62,896 nucleotides of DNA from Oligoflexales bacterium (GCA_045105515.1 JBGCDR010000138.1:1-62896), one strand, 5' to 3'; positions 8,397 to 18,505 are shown, counted from the stretch's first letter. Numbers and translations: made by a program. Notes: a model not told the origin generated them from the letters alone.

Positions 8397-10679
8397 TTAT
8401 GCTACATTCTCCAAATTTTTTAGACATTCTTTGACATCAAATTGTACCTCAGTACTCGCATACCAGAGATCTCCAAGTTGGTTTAATCTTGATATCACGC
8501 TATTAATATTGAATTTTTTTGGATCTAGATCTTCATTGACCTCACTCCACCTTAAAGGAGTCGAAACAAGAGCACCGGGTACAGGCCTCACACAATAGAC
8601 AGAAGCAATGGTCTGCCCATGGTAGTTTTGCATATAATCTAAATAAATTTGATCTTTTCTTTTGCTTTTGGATCGCTCAATACTTGTCAGATTGGGCAAA
8701 CGTGCTACAGTAAGTTCACAAACTTTCTTGGCCAATGACCTTGCTTCGGTAAATGAATAATTTGGCACAATGGGAATCATGATATGTAGACCTCGCGATC
8801 CAGATGTCTTACAAAACCCTCGGATCTTGGCTTTATCGAGAATATCTCTTATGTGATTAGCCACTTCAACGATTTCTTGAAAATGATTACTCTCGCTTGG
8901 ATCCAAATCAATATAAACTTGATCAGGGCACTCAAGCTGCTCAGTTCTTGACATCCAAGGGTTCAATTCAATGCAGTACAGATTAGCTAGATACAACAAA
9001 CTATATTCGTTTTGACAGAGGGGGTAATTAATAAAACCTTTTTTTGCGGATTTGACCCTAATAGTCTTAAACCATGAAGGAATAAAGCCAGTTAAATCTT
9101 TTTGAAAAAAACTATCCCCCCTTATTCCTTTCGGATGTCTGTGCATCGATATAGGCCGATTCTTTATATATGGTAAGATTAAACCAGCTACAATCGCATA
9201 ATAATTAACAAGATCCTCTTTAGTATAAGCTTCATCTGGCCAAAGAACTTTTTTCAGTTGACTAATCAAAGGACCATTCTTAAATTGTATATTGTCAGTG
9301 CTGCGAAATTTTTCATATTGCATAGGTGTAAACTTAGGAGCACTCCAATTTTCTTCTTTTTCTAGTTTAAGCAAATCAGAGCTTGTATCAGACCGTTTAG
9401 TGTTCTCACTCGGAGATCTAGTTAAACAGCACTCGATCAAGCAAGATGAAACTCCTTTTTGGTATATACAATCTGCGTATTTTGCAAAATATTTAATTTC
9501 TCCTTGCAGATGCTGCTCTAATTCTTCTTGATGAATTTCAGGTTTTAATATGATATTTTCATCAAAGATATTTAAGCTCCTGAGCTGATTTAGTCGATAA
9601 TGGAAAGGCTTATTTCTTATATCCTCATTTTTATGAACCAAGAGATCAGTAATAAAGATCTTAATATTTCCTTGTTTAGTACGATGAAAGCTCCTTAATA
9701 ATTGTTGTGAAAGCTGCTGATTATTTTCATCAAAAACGGTAATTTCACATTCAAACACCAAGTCTTGAGAAATCTTACTAAGGTATGTAAAAGCGGGTTT
9801 AAAACTATCTTTATAAGATACCTTGCTATGGGAGTACATTCTCACATTTCCATTGTCAATGTGAGCAATTGCACGGTAACATGGGTTTTTTAAAAATAAT
9901 ATCCATGAAGAATCAAATTTATGCTTCGTACCAAGGATCGGATGCATCATCCCATAGTGAGACACACTCTTTGCTTCTTGGGAATCTCCACCCTGAGTTG
10001 CCACATCTTTTGTAGCTATTTTTGGCTGACTAAGAGTGACCACCAAGTCTTCTGCAGGCAAGGTATTTTTATCTGGTAGCCAAATATCTGTTTTTTCTTG
10101 TTTACTTAATTCTGCTAGACTCAGCCCTGACAATACTGACTTATTTTTCTCAAGGATATTTTCTCTATAGTCAGCAAGTTGATCTTGTTTTTTCATTAAC
10201 AACCAAGATCCTGAGTCTTTAAGCCGAATGAGCGCAAACTCTCCACAAAGTTTATGACCACTTAGTACGAAGGTTAGTCGACCTTTTTCAAAGCCTTTTA
10301 ACATCGCTAGCACACTATCCTCTCTGCCTTGGCTTGAGCGTTCAATATAGGTGCCTTGATCCCATAGTAAAACAGTTCCTGCCCCATAATTTCCAGGAGG
10401 AATTTTTCCTTCAAAGCGGCCATAAGCAAGAGGGTGATCCTCAACATGCACAGCCAAACGCTGATCCAAGGGGTTCAAACTTGGGCCTTTTGGCACGGCC
10501 CAGCTCTTTAGGCACCCAGCAAATTCGAGGCGGAAGTCGTAATGCATTCGTGTCGCAGCATGCTGCTGGATGAAAAACTTCAGCTGGCCAGAGGAAAATT
10601 CTAAGTCCCCTTGCGGTTCTGAGGTTTTACTAAAATCTCTTTTTTTATTGTACGCTTCTAGGTCTTTATCTTTGCTCAT
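8397..10679 (-). CDS. ligD: LigD-like protein: intact phosphoesterase + degenerate ligase + intact primase-polymerase
   Basis: PE: QQHAATRMHYDFRLE, KSWAVPKGPS, VEDHPLAY. Pol: IDLDP, KTSGSRGLH, YLDY. Ligase motifs decayed. Confidence 0.9.
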   Translation of the reverse strand: MSKDKDLEAYNKKRDFSKTSEPQGDLEFSSGQLKFFIQQHAATRMHYDFRLEFAGCLKSWAVPKGPSLNPLDQRLAVHVEDHPLAYGRFEGKIPPGNYGAGTVLLWDQGTYIERSSQGREDSVLAMLKGFEKGRLTFVLSGHKLCGEFALIRLKDSGSWLLMKKQDQLADYRENILEKNKSVLSGLSLAELSKQEKTDIWLPDKNTLPAEDLVVTLSQPKIATKDVATQGGDSQEAKSVSHYGMMHPILGTKHKFDSSWILFLKNPCYRAIAHIDNGNVRMYSHSKVSYKDSFKPAFTYLSKISQDLVFECEITVFDENNQQLSQQLLRSFHRTKQGNIKIFITDLLVHKNEDIRNKPFHYRLNQLRSLNIFDENIILKPEIHQEELEQHLQGEIKYFAKYADCIYQKGVSSCLIECCLTRSPSENTKRSDTSSDLLKLEKEENWSAPKFTPMQYEKFRSTDNIQFKNGPLISQLKKVLWPDEAYTKEDLVNYYAIVAGLILPYIKNRPISMHRHPKGIRGDSFFQKDLTGFIPSWFKTIRVKSAKKGFINYPLCQNEYSLLYLANLYCIELNPWMSRTEQLECPDQVYIDLDPSESNHFQEIVEVANHIRDILDKAKIRGFCKTSGSRGLHIMIPIVPNYSFTEARSLAKKVCELTVARLPNLTSIERSKSKRKDQIYLDYMQNYHGQTIASVYCVRPVPGALVSTPLRWSEVNEDLDPKKFNINSVISRLNQLGDLWYASTEVQFDVKECLKNLENVA

Positions 10680-10839
10680 CGCTCGCTTCTTTAAGCTATT
10701 ACAGAGGCTTATCTTATATCGACATAGTTTGCTGAAATCCTTAGATATTTTAAAATGCTCCTAAATCGGCCAACGATTTACGATTTTCAAACGTAAGTCT
10801 TTACTGGGAGGTGACACAAACTATGAAGAGAGAAACACT

Positions 10840-11412
10840 ATGACAATAAAAAGTAAAATTCTGGCCCTGGGCCTAGCAGGACAAGGAATGGTCTTAAGTT
10901 CTTGCAGTACCAGCAAACAAAGTGCTTTTGAAATAACCCAAGCAGAATTAGAGCAAAGTGATAGAAGTGCTGCAAATATAGATTCGCAAAAAGAAAAAAT
11001 AGAATCCACTATCAAGCTATTTCGTGAGTCTTTTTCAAGCTATGAAAAAGAAACCCTCCTCCCCGCACTAAAAATGATTTATGCAGAACAAGCCTTTCTC
11101 AACGACCGCATCCAGCTTCACAAGGGTATCAAGGAAATCGAAACCTACTTTGCAAATACATTCGATAAAATTGAAAGCGCTAGATTCGACATGCTAGAAG
11201 TAACCTACGGTAGCAAAGACGCATACGTGCGATGGGACATGCACATAAAGACCGAAGGCTCAGATAAACACTGGACTTTTCCTGGCATGAGCCAGCTTCG
11301 TTTTAATGAGGAAGGAAAAATAATCTTTCATTTCGACCACTGGGACTATGCTCAGTTATTAGAAAAATTCCCTGGTATTGGAGGTGTTGTGAGGTATATC
11401 CGTTCCCTGTAA
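10840..11412 (+). CDS. SnoaL/NTF2-like lipoprotein
   Basis: Lipobox LSSC; Y...A.LND...H.G...I..YF and GMSQLRF...IIFHFDHWD. Confidence 0.8.
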   Translation: MTIKSKILALGLAGQGMVLSSCSTSKQSAFEITQAELEQSDRSAANIDSQKEKIESTIKLFRESFSSYEKETLLPALKMIYAEQAFLNDRIQLHKGIKEIETYFANTFDKIESARFDMLEVTYGSKDAYVRWDMHIKTEGSDKHWTFPGMSQLRFNEEGKIIFHFDHWDYAQLLEKFPGIGGVVRYIRSL

Positions 11413-11419
11413 TTAAGAC

Positions 11420-11902
11420 CTACCCTGACAGGGTAGATGCTATCTTTTCTAGTTCCTTGGCCCAGTTATTAGGTAGATCTACCTTTGTTTTGTCGACGTA
11501 ATTGAAGCTAACTATCATAGCCGAGCCTAGAGCCACTAATTGCTTTCTAGTTTTACTGAATAGGCCGTAATCCATATTGAAACGATCTTGGCCTATATTA
11601 CTAACGCCTGACCCTGCAATGATATCATCAGGAAAGTAGATTGGATTGATAAATTTACAGTCAGTTTTTGCTAATACGGGTGCTACTTTATCACTAAGGC
11701 TTATTTCAGCTTGTAAGAAAAATTCGATTCTTACCGATTCGAAATAACGAAAAAAAACAGTATTATTGACATGCCCTAGGGCATCCTGCTCACCCCAAGC
11801 AACAGCAATCTCCTTAGTAACAGGAAATTTCTTTAAAAAAGCGTTTAAGTCGAGCATAATCTTCTTCCTCCATAGAATGTGCACTATCAATTTTAGAGCC
11901 AT
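11420..11902 (-). CDS. Acyl-CoA thioesterase (4HBT/YbgC hotdog family)
   Basis: WGEQDALGHVNNTVFFRYFESVR. Confidence 0.9.
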   Translation of the reverse strand: MALKLIVHILWRKKIMLDLNAFLKKFPVTKEIAVAWGEQDALGHVNNTVFFRYFESVRIEFFLQAEISLSDKVAPVLAKTDCKFINPIYFPDDIIAGSGVSNIGQDRFNMDYGLFSKTRKQLVALGSAMIVSFNYVDKTKVDLPNNWAKELEKIASTLSG

Positions 11903-12068
11903 GACTAAGATATCTTAAGAAAAGAAAAATGTCTGTTTAAAACAGATGCTCTTCTATCCAGCACTAGCTTTTTTAATAAGCAATAATAATCTCGATTGAT
12001 GATTGCCATACGATGAATTATAAAAATGTATTGGGATTACTTCTTCGTTCACTCAAGAAGGGAATAAA

Positions 12069-12575
12069 ATGAAAATTATTCATTATCTATGTACTACACT
12101 ATTGTATTTTAGTTTTTCTGCGCATGCTCAACCGAGTACTCTATGTGACATAAAGGAGATAGACGAAGATGCAGACCAAAAAGCTGAAACTCTAGATTGC
12201 CATGAGAATAGCAAAATAACATTGTTTGAAAATGTCCCTTCACAAGAAGAAATATCTAAACTTTTAAATTCTATCTTCCCATGCACAGGATTGAATGAAG
12301 AAAAATGCATGCAATATGATCAAGATTTTGAATTTGTCGAACATGGATCTTGCGATGATGATGGCTACTTTGTGGTGGGAGCTGCCAATAATATTGGAAG
12401 CTCTAGTATAAAGCAACTGCATGTTAATCCATTAAACATTCGCAAAGTCTATCCCACCTTGGGGCTTTTTTCTTACAAGCCCATGTTCCAAACTTTAGGA
12501 GTCCTTGCTGGAAATCCCGTGCATTTCAAGATCAATGAAGTTTTTCATGAAGAAAAATCAAATGAAAACCCTTAG
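12069..12575 (+). CDS. Secreted hypothetical protein
   Basis: Signal peptide ending AHA; several Cys. Confidence 0.7.
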   Translation: MKIIHYLCTTLLYFSFSAHAQPSTLCDIKEIDEDADQKAETLDCHENSKITLFENVPSQEEISKLLNSIFPCTGLNEEKCMQYDQDFEFVEHGSCDDDGYFVVGAANNIGSSSIKQLHVNPLNIRKVYPTLGLFSYKPMFQTLGVLAGNPVHFKINEVFHEEKSNENP

Positions 12576-12578
12576 CTT

Positions 12579-13190
12579 CTAGTGTTTCTGAGCTAGAATA
12601 ATGGTTGCAAAGTCGCAACTAGGGTCTTCGATTGCAAATTCGACAATATTAATTCCATGATTTTCTAGAATTCGGCGATACTCTGCAGGGTCCAAGCTGC
12701 TATGATAAACTTTTTCTCCACAAACATGTCCAAACACTTCTCCATCTTTGGGACCAACTGTTACCAGTAAGATCCCCTTAGAATTAAGATGTTTAGAGAA
12801 TAATGGCAGAACACTTCGCTGCTCTTCTCGGTCAAGGTGAAAAAAGCTATGCCAAGCAATAATCCCATCAAAAGTCTTTCCTAAATCTAACTGCCGCATA
12901 TCTTGCAACTTCCATATACAATTTGGAAAGCGTCTTTTTGCCATGTTTAGCATTGATTCAGCATAATCAACGCCAGTCAATTCGTACCCTTTTTCAATCA
13001 AATACCTTGCAATAGGCTCACCTGATCCACAACCTACATCAAGAATGCTAGCAGGCTTAGAACTCAGATTATCGAATTTGCTAAGCCACCCTTTTTCAAT
13101 GAGTGTTTTACCCCTTTCTGAATCAAACTGCTCTCCATTTCTTTCGTAAACGCTTTGAGTATTTGTGGCAATAAATTTCATGTCGACCAA
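12579..13190 (-). CDS. Class I SAM-dependent methyltransferase
   Basis: ILDVGCGSGEP, FDGIIAWHSFFHL. Confidence 0.9.
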   Translation of the reverse strand: MVDMKFIATNTQSVYERNGEQFDSERGKTLIEKGWLSKFDNLSSKPASILDVGCGSGEPIARYLIEKGYELTGVDYAESMLNMAKRRFPNCIWKLQDMRQLDLGKTFDGIIAWHSFFHLDREEQRSVLPLFSKHLNSKGILLVTVGPKDGEVFGHVCGEKVYHSSLDPAEYRRILENHGINIVEFAIEDPSCDFATIILAQKH

Positions 13191-13467
13191 ATCACACTCC
13201 TAATTCAACCATTTTAATTAAAACCATCCTAAAAAACCTATAAAAGCTCTGAGGACGTATTGTTTTAGTCTCAAAGAGGCCTAGTGAGGTAGGGATAATC
13301 CCTCAATTTACATTCAAAAATTGCAAAACCTCAATGTTTAAGTTAATCAAAGTGATGATTAGAATCCTCAAATTGGAGATTTCAAGGAGTCATAATCTTA
13401 ATCAACAGAGCGATGAGGAGAGGATTTGAAATATAATGAATTAGACAACAAAAGCATCTTTATAAAA

Positions 13468-13476
13468 TGCTATAAT
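13468..13476 (+). promoter_or_regulatory. Extended -10 element (TGcTATAAT)
   Basis: Exact TGnTATAAT ~40 nt upstream of the 13515 start. Confidence 0.45.
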
Positions 13477-13514
13477 AAATCTGTTAGCACAGTCAATGAT
13501 AAGGACTGCAGAAA

Positions 13515-14210
13515 GTGGAAAAGCTTCATTTTTTTAAAAAGAGAACTTGGTTACTACCTATAAGCTTACTCATTCCACTGGTTCCAATTTTTATCTACCT
13601 GTTTATCAGTCTTTTACTTTCGCTCATCCCAGTTGGCGAGTTACACTCTGCAAATCCCCCCGACCGGATACCTGTCTATTTAAGCTCGAATGGAGTTCAT
13701 GTAAATTTTATCCTTCCCGTGATGAACCCTTGGTTTGACTGGAGGCTTCATATATCTTCAAAAAAGCATAAAATATATTTTAATGAAACCAACTTTCTGA
13801 GCTTCGGCTGGGGTGACAGAGATTTTTATCTAAAAACAAGAGAATTTAGTGACCTCACACTTAGTTCCGCTTTTAGCGCAATGTTTCTTGATAGTCCATC
13901 AGTAATGCATGTGCTAGTTTACAAAAAAGAACCAATTATAAAAGAGTGGGTAAAAAGAATATTTGTCGATAAAGAGCAATACCTAAAACTTACGAGTTTT
14001 ATACTCAATAGTTTTGCGAACCCTGATGATATTACTCCGGTCCCTTGCTGCCCATATTATCCAGGTCATGATCAATTCTATCCTGCGAAAGGATCTTATG
14101 ATCTATTCTTCACCTGCAATACCTGGATAGTTGAGGGAATGCAAAAAATCGGTGCTAAAACAGCACTTTGGAGTCCCTATCCTTTAGGGATTTTCTACCA
14201 CATCCCTTGA
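13515..14210 (+). CDS. TIGR02117/DUF2459 family protein
   Basis: SNGVH, FGWGDRDFY, YDLFFTCNTW, WSP; N-terminal TM. Confidence 0.85.
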   Translation: MEKLHFFKKRTWLLPISLLIPLVPIFIYLFISLLLSLIPVGELHSANPPDRIPVYLSSNGVHVNFILPVMNPWFDWRLHISSKKHKIYFNETNFLSFGWGDRDFYLKTREFSDLTLSSAFSAMFLDSPSVMHVLVYKKEPIIKEWVKRIFVDKEQYLKLTSFILNSFANPDDITPVPCCPYYPGHDQFYPAKGSYDLFFTCNTWIVEGMQKIGAKTALWSPYPLGIFYHIP

Positions 14211-14398
14211 TCCCAACAAAATTGTCTACTTTTGGATTGCTTTAAAAAAAGAAGATGCTAACGAAGCTAGTCAATAGACTGCTGAAGTATTAATCAGCTC
14301 TAAGAGTCTAAAAATTATTATAAAATAAGCTAAATTTAATAGCTCCTTAAAAAATTCCGATAGGCTTAGAAAGAACTTGACAAAAATTCGGAAGCGCT

Positions 14399-14764
14399 AT
14401 GAATAAAACTCATTTTAGTACGAAAATTAACGAGAAAACCAAGAAAAGCACTCGGATCTCAGATGATTTTGATACCGACTTTGAGTTAAAAACACTCGAG
14501 AGCACAAGAGTTTCACAAATACTGCGAAGAATGAGGTCTAGTGACGATATAGATTTGATTTTTAAAAATGATAATAGAAAACGTTGCATGAAATTCTTAG
14601 GAACAATTACCTTATGTGCTTTATTAATTTTCGCATATAATTATGACCCTGTGCAATTATATCGCGACTCTATGGATGCAAGATTAGAAAATTTTGTTTC
14701 CTTAACAACAGAAATTTTTTATCGTGTAAGTTCAGAGATCTCTAGATTTAATAGTTCCAAGTAA
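14399..14764 (+). CDS. Hypothetical single-TM protein
   Basis: 121-aa ORF with one hydrophobic segment. Confidence 0.55.
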   Translation: MNKTHFSTKINEKTKKSTRISDDFDTDFELKTLESTRVSQILRRMRSSDDIDLIFKNDNRKRCMKFLGTITLCALLIFAYNYDPVQLYRDSMDARLENFVSLTTEIFYRVSSEISRFNSSK

Positions 14765-15031
14765 ATGAGCATAATTCTTCTGTGGAAAACTTTCTAAAAA
14801 GGGAAAAATACTGACTGTATCTTTTTCCAAGGCAGCTACAAAAACCCAATAAAATTTAGATACCCACTCGAATCAAATACATCGTAAAGATGTCTTAGAA
14901 TATAATTCTAAGGGGTTTGAAAATCATACTAAAAATTTTGATATTCAGCGCATATAAACTTCAGAATCGAAGAGATATGTTACACTAAGAAAGAATATTT
15001 TTTAGTAAAATAAAAAATTATTGGACACCTT

Positions 15032-15400
15032 ATGATCAAAAAGATAATTCCCTTCGTCCCTGCTAAGAACTACTTCTTGTGTAAGTCATTCTTCGAAGAC
15101 CTTGGATTTAAAAAACATTTAGAGACGGATGAATTTACCGAGTTCAAGTCTGGAAGCGAAAGCTTTTATCTGCAAAACTTTTATGTCAAGGAATGGGCTA
15201 AAAACTGTGTGATTAAGCTTTGGGTTCACGACTTAGATTCTTGGTCAGATAAAGGAAATTTCATCATAACGAGTAAAAAGTACCCTGAAATACAGATGCT
15301 TGGACCAAAGATGTTCCCATGGGGATTACAAGAAATTCATCTTATCGATCCATCTGGGGTACTTTGGCAATTTGCCTTGATAGCTGAAAATACTCCCTAA
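15032..15400 (+). CDS. VOC/glyoxalase family protein
   Basis: PFVPAKNY..CKSFFEDLGF, PWGLQEIHLIDPSGVLW. Confidence 0.85.
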   Translation: MIKKIIPFVPAKNYFLCKSFFEDLGFKKHLETDEFTEFKSGSESFYLQNFYVKEWAKNCVIKLWVHDLDSWSDKGNFIITSKKYPEIQMLGPKMFPWGLQEIHLIDPSGVLWQFALIAENTP

Positions 15401-15554
15401 GCGTTCACATCACAAGAAAACTTCTGCTTCTCATGCTAAAATGGTATCTAAGGAAAAAATATGTAAAAACTTGACAATTCTTAAAGAAAATAAATGCATC
15501 GTCAAATTACAATAGATCGATAGGCATCTTCAAATTTTTAAAAGCGGAGGAGAA

Positions 15555-16220
15555 GTGGTGAATAAATCAGATTTCATCGAACATCTCGCTGGCAATATGG
15601 ATACGTCAAAGTCTGAAGCAAGAAAATGGCTTAATGCCTTCATTGAGGGTGTTCATTTGGGGATCATTGAAGAGCATGGTCTCAGGTTGGCTGGGATAGG
15701 AAGTTTTACGCATACTCTACGTAGAGCTCGCATGGGTAGAAACCCACAAACGGGAGAACAAATCTCAATTCCGGAAAAGTGGGTACCAAAATTTCGAGCT
15801 GGGCTTGTGCTTAAAAAATTAGTTGGGAAAAAGAAAAACAGTACCTCTGCGAAGCCTAAGGGTTTGAATGTCAAAGTAAGTGCAAAAGGAGCCTTGTCTG
15901 TTTACGGCTTAGGTAGATTTCCTGTAACTTTGTACAAGGAACAATGGATAAAGCTACTTAAAAAAAGGACTCATATATTGAATATTATCAATATGGGTGG
16001 AGAGATCAATGAGAAGCTAGTGCTAAAAAGTAAGCAAAAACAGAAAATTGAACTGGCAATAAAACTAAGCCCCAAGGGCGCATACTCGATTTACGGTCTA
16101 GGCAGATACCCTATCTCCCTCTATAGCGAACAGTGGATCAAGCTACTGAAAATCAGAAAAAAAATTCTGGATTTTATTGAATTAAATGGCAATAAACTTA
16201 CTTCCAAAGCCGAACAATAA
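15555..16220 (+). CDS. HU-family DNA-binding protein fused to two tandem ~50-aa domains
   Basis: N-terminal HU (GIGSF...ARMGRNPQTGE...PKFRAG); duplicated KxSxKGAxSxYGLGRxPxxLYxEQWIKLL. Confidence 0.85.
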   Translation: MVNKSDFIEHLAGNMDTSKSEARKWLNAFIEGVHLGIIEEHGLRLAGIGSFTHTLRRARMGRNPQTGEQISIPEKWVPKFRAGLVLKKLVGKKKNSTSAKPKGLNVKVSAKGALSVYGLGRFPVTLYKEQWIKLLKKRTHILNIINMGGEINEKLVLKSKQKQKIELAIKLSPKGAYSIYGLGRYPISLYSEQWIKLLKIRKKILDFIELNGNKLTSKAEQ

Positions 16221-16305
16221 AGCTTATATCAGAATAGGTAGCCTTCTGCGGGAGTTTACTCAACTCCTATTTTATCGGGAAATAATCCAACACCACATTA
16301 TTCGT

Positions 16306-17052
16306 TTATGTAATCCCCGTGTGACTTAAGCAAGTGCTCATCTGTGTTAAAACCGCACTAAAGCATTTGGGAGTGGGCGCATTAATTGTTAAAACTTGCT
16401 TTTGATACGGATGAATAAACTTTAACGCACTGGCATGCAGCATAAGACGCGTGCACTTAAAACTACTACGACAATGCTGGTTATGTTTACCATCACCATA
16501 ACGGGTATCCCCGATAATCGGATGAAAAATATGCTTTAAATGACGCCTAATCTGATGTTGTCTCCCTGTCAAAGGTTTGACCCGCAACAAAGAATAGCGC
16601 GCAGATGCATATGGCCTCACCGGAAAAGGGTGTTCATAAGCACTAATTAGCTCATAATCAGTGCAAGCTTCCTGTTTGGCTCCAGTTTTTTCAAGATCTG
16701 TCAGTGGTGAGTCAATGTGCCCACAAACCTTGGTATGACCTCGGACAACTGCTAAGTATTCTTTTTGAATATCTCTTTTAGCAAAAAGTTGGCAGAGCAA
16801 ATGAGCAGAGTCACGATCAAACCCAAACATCAAAACACCTGATGTGGCTTTGTCCAATCGATGCACCGGATAAACCCACTTTCCTAACTGCTTTCTAAGC
16901 AGCGAAACCATGTTGCTCTCGGTATAAAAGTCGATATCTGTTTTATGAACCAGAAAGCCAGATGGCTTGTTGACGATAAGCAAATGCTCATCTTGGAAAA
17001 GGATTTCAATGGTTGGATTTTGTCTTTCTTCTGAGTCAAAGAATGTTTCCAA
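16306..17052 (-). CDS. truC: RluA-family pseudouridine synthase, TruC-like
   Basis: NKPSGFLVH, VHRLDKATSG, TGRQHQIRRH, HPIIGDTRYG, LMLHA; no S4 domain. Confidence 0.8.
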   Translation of the reverse strand: METFFDSEERQNPTIEILFQDEHLLIVNKPSGFLVHKTDIDFYTESNMVSLLRKQLGKWVYPVHRLDKATSGVLMFGFDRDSAHLLCQLFAKRDIQKEYLAVVRGHTKVCGHIDSPLTDLEKTGAKQEACTDYELISAYEHPFPVRPYASARYSLLRVKPLTGRQHQIRRHLKHIFHPIIGDTRYGDGKHNQHCRSSFKCTRLMLHASALKFIHPYQKQVLTINAPTPKCFSAVLTQMSTCLSHTGIT

Positions 17053-17093
17053 TATATTTCCTTAATCACACTATAAAAGACAAGATGCGATGG

Positions 17094-18155
17094 TTATAGG
17101 TTATGTTCTTCAAATATCCCTGCATGAAATGCAGGGTTTGCTTTACCTTCTTCACCATCGGATTTCAATTCATCAAATAATAATTGGTGCATTTCGGGAG
17201 ATATGATCTGCTGATGATTTCTCTGATGTTCTCTTTCATCAGAAATTTGAGCAGTCAATGAATGCATAAGTCTGAAAGTATCTTCAAGCGATCTGCCTAA
17301 AGCTCCAGACATTTCTACTTCAGTCATAGCTGGTAAAACAATACTTTGACTCATGCATTCAGCGGCTCTTCCTTCAGTTTGAACTTGGTCTGTTGAGTAA
17401 GCAATACCTTGAGCTCCTATTACTTGTGACTTGTCTTCTGGATCACGCTCGATTTGAATAACTTGTTTGAACTTACTCATTGCCTGTTCGTATTCTTGCA
17501 TAAATGTGGAGATCTTTTGTCCTGGATCTTTTTTTCTGTATTTTTGTAAATGAGATTTAACTCGCTCAGGGGTAATATTGGGGTTGTCTAAAATCATTTC
17601 AGGGATAATTAAAGAAGGAGATGCTGCCTTCATTCCTTGCTCAAAGACTGCTCTTACAAAATCTTGATGCTCACGCTCACTCCAGTCTGAACCTGATGTT
17701 CTAGCTTTCTTTTTTTGGGGGACTTCATCTCTTAAAGCTACAGCATGCTTACCTAAGACTGAAACTCTATTTTCAGACCGAAGAGGTGCTGCAATTTGTT
17801 TTAATTTTTTAGGGACGTCCAGCTCTTTCAGTTTGCTGATAATCAGACTTATCAGTCCGATTGAAGCTTCTGTTTGATTTGCATATTCGATTGTTATACG
17901 AACCGTTCGATTATATTTATGTGGAGAAACTTTTAGGAAAATTTCATCTGAATTATCCGGCATGATAATAGTAAGCCCTTCCTCTAAAGATTTAAAGGGC
18001 AGTTCTTCTAAAGCCAGAGTATGTACCGTTTCAGCGACTATTTGTGTCTTAGTCAAATTTTGGAATAAGTAAACAGTTTCTTCGCTACCACCGTAGCAGT
18101 AAGTCCCGATAAATAATGCAATTAAGGATAATAATGTATTCATAAGAAAGCTCAA
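17094..18155 (-). CDS. Secreted protein with a eukaryote-type GARP/SHAQKYF-class Myb DNA-binding domain
   Basis: Signal peptide (likely ATG 18143); PQKKKAR; WSEREHQDFVRAV...ASPSLI...ITPERVKSHLQKYR. Confidence 0.85.
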   Translation of the reverse strand: MSFLMNTLLSLIALFIGTYCYGGSEETVYLFQNLTKTQIVAETVHTLALEELPFKSLEEGLTIIMPDNSDEIFLKVSPHKYNRTVRITIEYANQTEASIGLISLIISKLKELDVPKKLKQIAAPLRSENRVSVLGKHAVALRDEVPQKKKARTSGSDWSEREHQDFVRAVFEQGMKAASPSLIIPEMILDNPNITPERVKSHLQKYRKKDPGQKISTFMQEYEQAMSKFKQVIQIERDPEDKSQVIGAQGIAYSTDQVQTEGRAAECMSQSIVLPAMTEVEMSGALGRSLEDTFRLMHSLTAQISDEREHQRNHQQIISPEMHQLLFDELKSDGEEGKANPAFHAGIFEEHNL

Positions 18156-18505
18156 GTAATTGTTTTACAACAGTTTTTTTGAATCACGACAACATACACA
18201 AGAGCTTGTAATATAGCAACGAGAAAGGTTAAAATATGCAAATCTGCTGATACAACGAGGTACCACAGCTTGGTTTCCTGGCCCAAACAGTTGATTTTCA
18301 ATGCAATAAACATGATTCACTCGATTCAACTCGGAAAATAGATAAACCATCCATCTAGATACGAAAATATTCCTGCACATTTAATCCATAAAAAACAATA
18401 TTATAGGAATTTAACTAATAAAAATTAGCTAATTGATCGATATAGAATGGCAGAGCGAAGTATATATGGACTTTAACTAGGTTATTACCAAAAGGTTGAT
18501 TTACA

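Noticed and set aside
8140..8598. 152-aa plus-strand ORF and the many other short antisense ORFs in the track
   Set aside because: Shadows of well-supported opposite-strand genes, with no motifs
10840..15400. Integron cassette array (run of small unrelated genes)
   Set aside because: Mixed orientations, no repeated attC-like sites, no integrase
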